Source: the human T2T-CHM13v2.0 reference genome, Homo sapiens. Taken from it: DNA of 64,000 nucleotides. Positions 55,905 through 64,000 of the stretch are shown here, in pieces. The stretch lies in NCBI RefSeq assembly GCF_009914755.1, contig NC_060926.1; one strand, 5' to 3'. The notes under the pieces are model-generated. The model was not told where the DNA came from. It did no database searches and worked only from the letters and a program-made list of their open reading frames with translations. The number at the start of each line of letters is the position of its first letter. The first letter of the stretch is position 1. The position numbers and the translations under genes were made by a program.

Positions 55905-56341
55905 TGTCAAAGTTGAGTCAAATATAGAGACAATTCTCTGTTTTATTTGGGAAGCAAGAATTGCAGTTCTGGGCATATACACAGACTGGATGGTCTTCCA
56001 TATGTCTGAAGAACAAAGAAGGTTGGAGGTTTTATAAAAAGCAGAAATGTTACCCATTGTTTTGAGAGACAGTTCATTGGTACTAGTAATGTTTCGAGGA
56101 GCTGGCAAGCTCTGATTGGTGAGTGTAAAACTATTCTTAGACTCACAGCAGCTTGTTTCAGTAGCTATTAGATAAAACTGGTTTCAGGTCACAATAGGCA
56201 GTTTCAGCAGCTGGACTTGCGGAGAATTACCTTCCTGTGGCAGTGTTACGTGCCCAGGGTGCTCTGTCCCTGCTTGGCTTCTTGATTCTGTTTTAGTTGG
56301 ATATGACAGGAATAACCCAATCCATATGATCAACTTTTATG
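55905..56341 (-). mobile_element. ERV1-class solo LTR (subfamily uncertain)
   Basis: Interrupts L1 at TTTGGGTTATAAT|CCAGTAC with 4-bp TSD TAAT (55901-55904, 56342-56345). Starts TG, with antisense AATAAA near the left end. Confidence 0.65.
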
Positions 56342-57230
56342 TAATCCAGTACTAGGGTATTCATTGTGTTGCTCAGATTGTTCCAGCTTTGGCCACTGGG
56401 GGCTCTTTCAGTTAGCTCGTGTTCCTCTGACATACCTCCATTATTGTGGGTTGTTTGATTTTTGAGTACTTCCTTATTGGCACTGCAAGATACTCCAGGC
56501 TCATCTTGTGTATCTCCTATCCCAGCCCTAGAATCACCCATTTCTCCACAGAACCCTCATCCCTTTTATTGGAGTGTAGTCTTAGAAATCAAGATATGGG
56601 TGCCAAGTGGCTAAAGTTATTGTAATCTCAATTTATGTGTACTCAGCTGAGCAAAAGCAAAGCATCCAAATGGCAGCGGCAGCAAGAACTACCTGAGGAT
56701 TTCTCTCCATTTGCCAGTTCTGTGTTTCCTTCTTGGGCTTTACCCACACAGTTTTCTAGTTGCAGACCTGTTGTGCACCTCATTCGGAGTTCTGTACCCG
56801 AAATTGTCTCTGTCACGGTGATGTCTTTATGCACAGGCACTCACTCTGAAGTCACTCACCCTCTCACCAGCTCATGGTGGAGATGCAGTAAAAAGATCTT
56901 GAATAAATGAGTTCTGCTAGTTCCTCTCTGAGTCCTGTAGTGGCTCTAGGTCAAAAGCAGTAAAACCTAACCAGAGGAAAAAACCAGAGAGGAAAATATT
57001 TTGGACACACGAGAAGCTATGTAGACAGGAAGCAAGTGGGAGCTCCTTGGAGAGGGGAGTTGCTTGAGACTGAAGTTCAGGGAAAGGACCAGGAGACTGG
57101 GTTGGTACTGGTTCCTGCGGGCTGGAGGGGGTGGAGTAGGGAGTGTTGTGAAAGTTTCAAGCACAGAGGACTGAATGGAAGCCTCACAATGCAACCTAAG
57201 GACTTTGGATTCTTGCTTTTGAGTACATGC

Positions 57231-57232
<2 letters not shown>

Positions 57233-57277
<45 letters not shown>
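57233..57277. repeat. (TG)22 microsatellite
   Basis: Direct read, uninterrupted. Confidence 0.96.
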
Positions 57278-57281
<4 letters not shown>

Positions 57282-60112
57282 GGTGTAGTTTGTTGGCTGT
57301 CAGCCTTACTAGGAGGCTGGTTTGGAGCCTGTTGCCTTAGCTCTGTGGGGTGATGATGGGAATAGTGAAAAAGAGGGTGACAAAAGCAGAGAGTCTCAAA
57401 GAGGGGACAGAACTCAGTGACTGACCAGTTTGGTTGATGGTTGGAAAGAGGTGTCAGATACATCTGAGCTCCCAAGAATGGTGGTACCTGGAAGGGAGAG
57501 AAATCAGGAGGAGCCAGTTCTGAAGGGAATGTGGTCTCGGGTCTCAGTGGATACCAGGAGTTCAGGGGCGGGTGACTGGGTAACTTGGAAATACAGGACT
57601 GGGCCTTAGGAGTGTCATTAGGGCCAGGCCAAGAGGGGTTTTGGCATCATCTCCTGCATGGCCTTAGTGGATAAAACTGACAAGGCTGCAGAGTGGAGGG
57701 ATATGCCAACACCCAGCCCTGGCTTGAACCTGTCCCTGTCCCTTGATGTTGGGAAGCAGAGATTCCCTGTCATGTCAGATGACTCAGAGGGGCCCTGGGA
57801 TGCTGAGGCATCAAGTGGGGGCTGTCATTTACACACCGTCTGTCGATAACATTGGTACCAAGCAGTATAGGGTCTTTTATCCTGGAGATTCTGAACCTCT
57901 GTGATGGACCCCTGAGGTCCCCTCTACTATGACAGTCCCATTCTGAGGGGAATTTGGCCTTAATGCTTCCTCTTTGGCATAGCAAACTCTGCTTCCTCTT
58001 CTTCTGGAGAGGGTGCACAGAAATGTTTTCTCTAGTCTGTAACTATGGAGAGGTAATTTGTTTCTGGGAGGGAGACGAAGTAGGGCACCTTTAACTATTT
58101 GATCTGAGTTTTTGTCCTTGAATCATGTGGAATTACACATAGGGTTTATATACCCCCCCACCCCCCACCCCATGCAGCTGCAAGATTCTATCTGCCTTTT
58201 CTTCTCCTTCCATATGGGATTGACATCCCTGTAGGATCCAAGTGCTTGTGGAGTGAGGAGGACACTTTAGAAGGGCCTAGGGTGATGGAGCTAATGCAGA
58301 ACTCCTTGTAACCTCTTAAGGTGTAGTGGCTGGCACTGAGGTTGGGGCTGTGACCATGGTGAGAGGTGCTCCGGGTCTGGGTGTGCCTCTCAGTCTTGTA
58401 GATGGCTTGGGCATGAGGGAGGGAGGGACTGACAGGAAGCAGGAAGACTCCATGTGTTTGGCATGGCCGCTTACTTGGAGAATGGCAGTGCCATTGCTGA
58501 GATGGAGAAGACCGGGGGCTGAGCAGGCTGGACACAGCAACAGCGAGCATCCCAGAAAATTGGGCATCACTTGAAGGGCTGGGTGTCTCATCCGGTTTCC
58601 TTTTTCTGAGCATGCTGCATATCACATGGGAATCTCTACAAGCAGAGGAGGAGAAGGTGGTTTCAGAAACAGCCCTTGGCCCTGGAGAAAGGCATCTTGT
58701 GTGAAGACGAAGGTGCCCTGTGGGAGGAGCTGTGTCCATCCCTCAGCGGTCTCCTCCATTGGGCCTCACAGAGGTACCTCAAGTCCCTGCACCTGTGGTA
58801 TCATGGTTATATATGGAGATGGAACCCGGGGTTTCAGGTGAGGGAGTTTGACACTTCACTGGTTCATATGTGACATACTCCAGAGGTATTTGCGACCTGG
58901 TTTAGTCCTGACCCCTTTATTGTTCTCGTGGAGATACTTTCCTTCCTCTCTTCTTCTGTTTGAAACTAGGACTCCACATCTTGCCCTAGAATTGCCACCC
59001 ACCTGTGTGACGCCTGGGCCTCCGAGTAGATGAGGCCAGAATCTCCAACAGTCACCTGCAGCTGGTGGGGATGGAGATCCTCTGCCTGCCTCCGGCCAAA
59101 CAACAGCTTGAGTTTAATCAGTCCTTTGGCTGTCATAACAAGTCATGAGGGGCTTTTGTTTGTTTTCCAAAATTATTATTTTACAACATCTGGACTCTTT
59201 CTGCTTTGAAAACAAAACGAAAACCCTTTCCAAAGAAAATAAACATTTTAATGATAGCATTTTAATTTAAAAAATTACAGTAGAAAAAAATAAAATGAGG
59301 TTACTTTTTTAAATGTTGACAGAGAAAAAAATTCAAAACCCAAACTGGGTCAGACAGACAATAGTAGGAACAACAAGTTCTGCCTATGTCGGCTTGCAGC
59401 AGAGACCCAGTTAATCAAAAACAAATTGTATTTCCAAAAAGGGGGCGGAGGAGGAGCTTTGTGCACTTCCTTAGGATTTTCACATCGTGGGTAGTAACAT
59501 AGTCAGGTGGCAGATTTTTCTGTTTGGATTAAAGTTTCTATTTTCAGCAACCACTTCCCTGAAAGCATGCTGCTCCCTGACCCGAGGGTCTCATGAGCAG
59601 CCATCCTGGACGCAGCGCCACGTAGGGCCTGGGGAGCAGAAAGTCAGCTGAGTGCCCTGAGTCCCCATTTACACCCCCAGGCCCTCACCATTGGCTCTTC
59701 TTTTTAAAGCATTTACTCATGCTCTCGTCTGGATGATGTGGTTTCCAGGCCTCCAACCAGGAAGAAGCCGCACGTTTCCCTTGACAGGAAAATTGAAAGC
59801 TGATTACCTGGTGGCAAGTGAGGAAGGTGAGCCCATCACAGTGAATAGTTTGAAAACTGAAAAGGTGCAGCAAGCCAGGTGCGTTTAATAAGATCTGCAG
59901 TCCTGTGCATCCCAAGAGAAGGCACTTTGTACACAGTCACCTACCTGAGTCATGTTCATTTTCGTCCCCATATCAGAGATGAGCAGACAATGGAGCGCAG
60001 GGAAATGACCCTTAGGGGCACACAGTCATGGGCAGGGTTGGATCTGTACAGCATTTTAACTGTGTTGTGATTCTCTAGTTCAGAATTGTCTTTAAAATCA
60101 GGGAAGAATATA

Positions 60113-60620
60113 CAGATGCTCCTCGACTTAACGATGGGGCTGCATCCCCACAAACTCATAAGTTCAAAATATCATATGTCACAAGTGCATTTTTTTTTTG
60201 AGACAGAATCTTGCTCTGTCACCTGGGCTAGAGTACAGTGGCGCGATCTCAGCTCACTGCAGCCTCTGCCCCCTGGGCTCAAGTGATTCTCATGCCTCAG
60301 CCTCTTGAATAGCTGGGATTATAGGCATGAACCACCATGCCCAGCTAATTTTTGTATTTTCAGTAGTGATGGGGTTTCACCATATTGGCCAGGCTGATCT
60401 CGAACACTGACCTCACATGATCCGCGCGCCTCAGCCTCCCAAACTGCTGGGATTACCGGTGTGAGCCACCGACAACTGCATTTTTTACTTCTGATGTTTT
60501 GGTCTTATGATAGGTTTTTTGGGATGTAACACCATTGTAAGTTGAGAAGCATACTGAGTGAATTTCACACCATCCTAAAGTCGAAAAATCATTGAACTCT
60601 TGTAAGTTGGGGACTGTCTG
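60113..60620. mobile_element. MER6-family Tigger element split by an Alu
   Basis: TA|CAGATGCTCCTCGACTTAACGATGGGG...GTAAGTTGGGGACTGTCTG|TA termini. Confidence 0.78.
60190..60471 (-). mobile_element. Alu (AluS)
   Basis: Dimer flanked by ACAA(G/C)TGCATTTTTT. Confidence 0.9.
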
Positions 60621-61717
60621 TAGTACATGATAGAAAAATTTTCTCCTAGCATGGTTTGCTTTTTATGAAGTTTCTACCCAAGTTGTATCTCACTGGCCAG
60701 GAGCTGCTGCTAGAGATTTTCCTACTATAACATCTCTCTTGTCTGAAGGGGTTGGCTCTATTGATGTGCTACCCCTGGGAGGGCCAATGCATTAGGCCTT
60801 TACTCATTCCTGTCTTACTCATAGAATCGATCCTGCTTTCAGCTGGCTAGGAGGAGATCTCAAAGGGGTGAGAGAGCGGGGCTCTAGAGACCTGGGAGCC
60901 CTTTAGGGATGACTGGATTGGTGTGATCATGAAGGCAAGCACACTCAGGTCCCAGGGGGAAGTGAAAGCAGGAGCTGGCTCTAGAAAGGGTGCCCATGGG
61001 GCCTGTACAGGAAGCATAACTCTTGGACTGTCTTGTATCAGTTCGATATCTGAGGGACTCACTGGGAAAACAGAGCCTAGCCAGGACTCCTGTCCAGAGT
61101 GATAGCAGCTATGGTTTGCCAAGTACTGACTTTGGATCTTGCAGGCTATTGAGAATTCCCATTTAATAGATAAGGAGCCTGGGGCTGGAGGGGTCCTGGA
61201 GTCCAGTTCAGTTCTGCAGCACCTCCTACATGACAGAGCCAGCATTGGAGCCAGTGTCTCTGTTTTCTCCCCTGATATTATGGGCAATGGTTTTATCCTG
61301 GAGCTTCAGCCTGAAAGACCCTCCACCAGCTGCCCATCAGGTGGACGTGGTTGGCTGGTGGCGTCACATTTCCTCCTTAATTTGGATTCTGAGAACAGTC
61401 TTCTGTCCTTGAAGATTGGACAACACTTGGGGACTTCCAAGAACATGTTGGTGACTCCCTTTGCCCCTATGCTGGGTTCCCTGAGCCCTGTGTTTTTTGG
61501 AAAGGGTGAGCCCTTTTTTTGGATGTTGGTTGTGAGTGGGAACTGAGCCCCCTACGTGTCCAGGGAGCTACTTCGAGGGAGATGTGGCTTGTCTGCCTAC
61601 CCCGACTTCCTGGTGACTGATGATCACACACCTCTCATGATACTAAGTTTTCCTCTTATTTTCAGCTTATTTACTAATCAGGATATATGTCTGGGTGACT
61701 GTTATTTTTCTATTTCT

Positions 61718-61972
<255 letters not shown>

Positions 61973-62164
61973 GCCCCAAAATAATGTCTTTTTAAAAGCA
62001 CGGTTTAATTCTATCTGGGGAGGCAGAACTCTACATGGAGTGTAGAGTTCATATTCACCAGGTTAATGCCAGCTTCCCTAACATGGGATATTAAGCAGGA
62101 AGGAACTTTGAGTATAACATTTTGTTGATTAAGAATAAAGAAATTAAGATTAAATTTTATTGGG

Positions 62165-63580
62165 ATTCACTTCTGGAATGGTGGTGTTAGGGGCTGTGTG
62201 GACTTGTTGCTCAGTGAAACAATAACTGATAAAAATTATTTTAAGAAAACAACCAAACTTGGAAATTTGCCGTATATCCTAAGGGCATACAGCACATGAA
62301 GAAACATTTATTCAAGAAAATCTGCTAGATCTCAGTAAGAATAGCAGATGTCTGTGGCACTTGAGCCAGAACCTGCTCCTTCCTTCTCTTTTCCCATCCG
62401 CTGCCCAGCTCAGCATGAGAGAAGCTATCAAGAGTGACCAAGAAGACTGGGTTCCCTTTCCCCTAAGTTCCCATCAAGGGCTATGGTATCTCCCCAGGAG
62501 GGCAGGCTGTCAGCATCCCCCTACCTCCAGCAAGGCTGCATGTTGCAGAGGCTAAATTCCAGGAGAATGTGGCTAGCCCCTACTCATAGGGCAGAGGTTC
62601 TACCTGAGGCTGAGAATAATGGGTCCCCAGTTGCCCTTTGTCAGTCCAGCTAGTTTGTAGGGCAGAGGTTCCATCCTTGGAGAATCAAGCCAAGAAGAGC
62701 AAAGGCTACTGCTCCCATCCAGCACCCTGTTCATAAAGTGGAAGTGTCACTCCGAGAGAAGTGGGACACAGTCTGTGCGCCCAGCTCTAGAACAGTGACT
62801 CCAACATTTTCCCAAGTAGGAGAGGTAGGCTATAATAACAGAAAGCTCTGAAGCTCTCTGAAAGATACTGACTTTGTTTATAAAAGTGTAGGGAAAGTTC
62901 AAGCCTAAGGGTGTTCTAAAAAAAAAAAAATGGAGAGTTTGGTGGTAATTAATAAGAGGCCGATAAGCAATAGGCAAAAGCTTGGGCCAGAGACCAGGAA
63001 AGAGACAGTAAAGAGTGTCTGGGATCAGAACAAACCTCAAACTCTGACATCAAAAACTATCCCTGTGAAAGGTCTCCATTTAATTAGATAAAATGTAGAA
63101 CAATGTATGCCCTAGGCAGTTGTCAAAAACAATAGAGCAATCAGGCAGCAATTAGTGGGGTCTAACAGCTGGGTATGAAAACACCAGAGGCAGACAGCTT
63201 AACAAAGAGATTAGGGAAGATACAGACAGCCCTGATAAAATGATTGTCATCCCAGAGAGAATGTGTGTTCACTCAAGGCTGTGCCCCCATGAGGAGCAAA
63301 ATCAGAGGTTGGGTGGGGAGGGGAATATACTTCACCACAGGAGTCCAGCCAAGTCATTGAAAAAATAAGCAAACAAAAACAAGCCCTGGGATAGAGGGGC
63401 TTGTAGTATCCAGAGTTGCTGCAGTGTCTTAGCTAAGATGTCATTTTCAACACAAAATTATAAGATATGCAAAGAAATAATGACAGAAAAATGGGTATGA
63501 CAGAAAAAAAGCAGGCAACAGAATCTTCCTGGGAGAGGACACAGATGTTGGGCTTAACAAAGACTTTAAAACTGCTATTA
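62165..63580 (+). mobile_element. Old L1 (L1M) 5' region / ORF1 start, sense orientation
   Basis: CACTTCTGGAATGG start and GAAGAAACATTTATTCAAGAAAATCT. Ends ...CAGATGTTGGGCTTAACAAAGACTTTAAAACTGCTATTAT, typical of the L1M ORF1 5' part. Confidence 0.6.
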
Positions 63581-63713
63581 TATTTGTTCCACTGGTCTAC
63601 GTGTCTATTTTTATACCAGTACCTTACTGGTGCCCAGAAATAAATTTATACATTTGTAGCCAACTTATTTTTGACAAAGGTGCCAAGAACAGGCAATGGG
63701 GAAAGGACAGTGT
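63581..63713 (+). mobile_element. Second L1 ORF2 fragment with 5' inversion
   Basis: 63581-63629 is antisense ORF2 (reverse reads ...GGTACTGGTATAAAAATAGACACGTAGACCAGTGGAACAAATA). 63633-63711 is sense ORF2 (CCCAGAAATAAAT...TTTGACAAAGGTGCCAAGAAC...TGGGGAAAGGACAGT). Confidence 0.75.
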
Positions 63714-64000
63714 TGTCAGTGAAGAGTCAAACTCTGTAAAATATTTGAAGAGATTTATTCTGAGCCAAATATGAGTGACCAGCCCCAGGAGATCCTGAGA
63801 ACATGTGCCCAAGGTGGTCAGGCTACAACTTAGTTTTATATGTTTTAAGGAGACATAAGATATCAATCAGTACATGTAAGATGTATATTAGTTTGGTCTG
63901 GGACAACTTGAAATGATGGGACTTCAGCTTATAGGTGGATTCAGAGATTTTCTGATTGACGGTTGAAAGTGTTAAGTTATTACTTGAAGACCTGGAATCA
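63714..64000 (-). mobile_element. MER4-family LTR (runs off the window)
   Basis: TGTCAGTGAAGAGTCAAACTCTGTAAAATATTTGAAGAGATTTATTCTGAGCCAAATATG is the reverse of the MER4B/D/E 3' end. Confidence 0.8.

Larger units (their letters stand above)
55333..56610 (-). mobile_element. L1MC-type 3' end fragment, interrupted by FLAM and LTR
   Basis: TTTTAGATATACAGAAAAGTTGCAAAG...CCCAGCCCTAGAATCACCCATTTCTCC. Confidence 0.75.

Noticed and set aside
58626-58873. Coding-looking stretch ending at a TTCAG|GTGAGG donor
   Set aside because: No convincing upstream acceptor and no recognisable protein similarity.

Overview
Primate (very likely human) genomic DNA with no supportable protein-coding exon. Bases 1-12.2 kb are almost all transposable-element debris: the 3' part of a MER61-type ERV1 element (degraded gag and env remnants, PPT, 3' LTR) carrying nested THE1, MER11 and Alu insertions, then an old antisense L1, MER2, solo LTR2 (HERV-E), MER5A, a MER4-group LTR and Alus. 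A CpG-island promoter at ~12.8-13.8 kb has a palindromic NRF1 site and GC boxes, followed by an ATG-less first exon ending at CCAG|GTAGGT (13384). From recall this resembles exon 1 of INPP4A, which is unverified. The remaining ~50 kb reads as a long + strand first intron containing Alus (two close inverted pairs), MIR/L2/L1M fragments, MaLR and ERV1 LTRs, DNA-transposon MITEs, two (TG)n tracts, a ~20-copy 30-bp G-rich minisatellite with open antisense frames, and an L1 with a twin-priming inversion. I found no convincing new biological system. The findings below are structural or evolutionary oddities worth checking. Repeat subfamily names come from recalled consensus sequences, not from a search.
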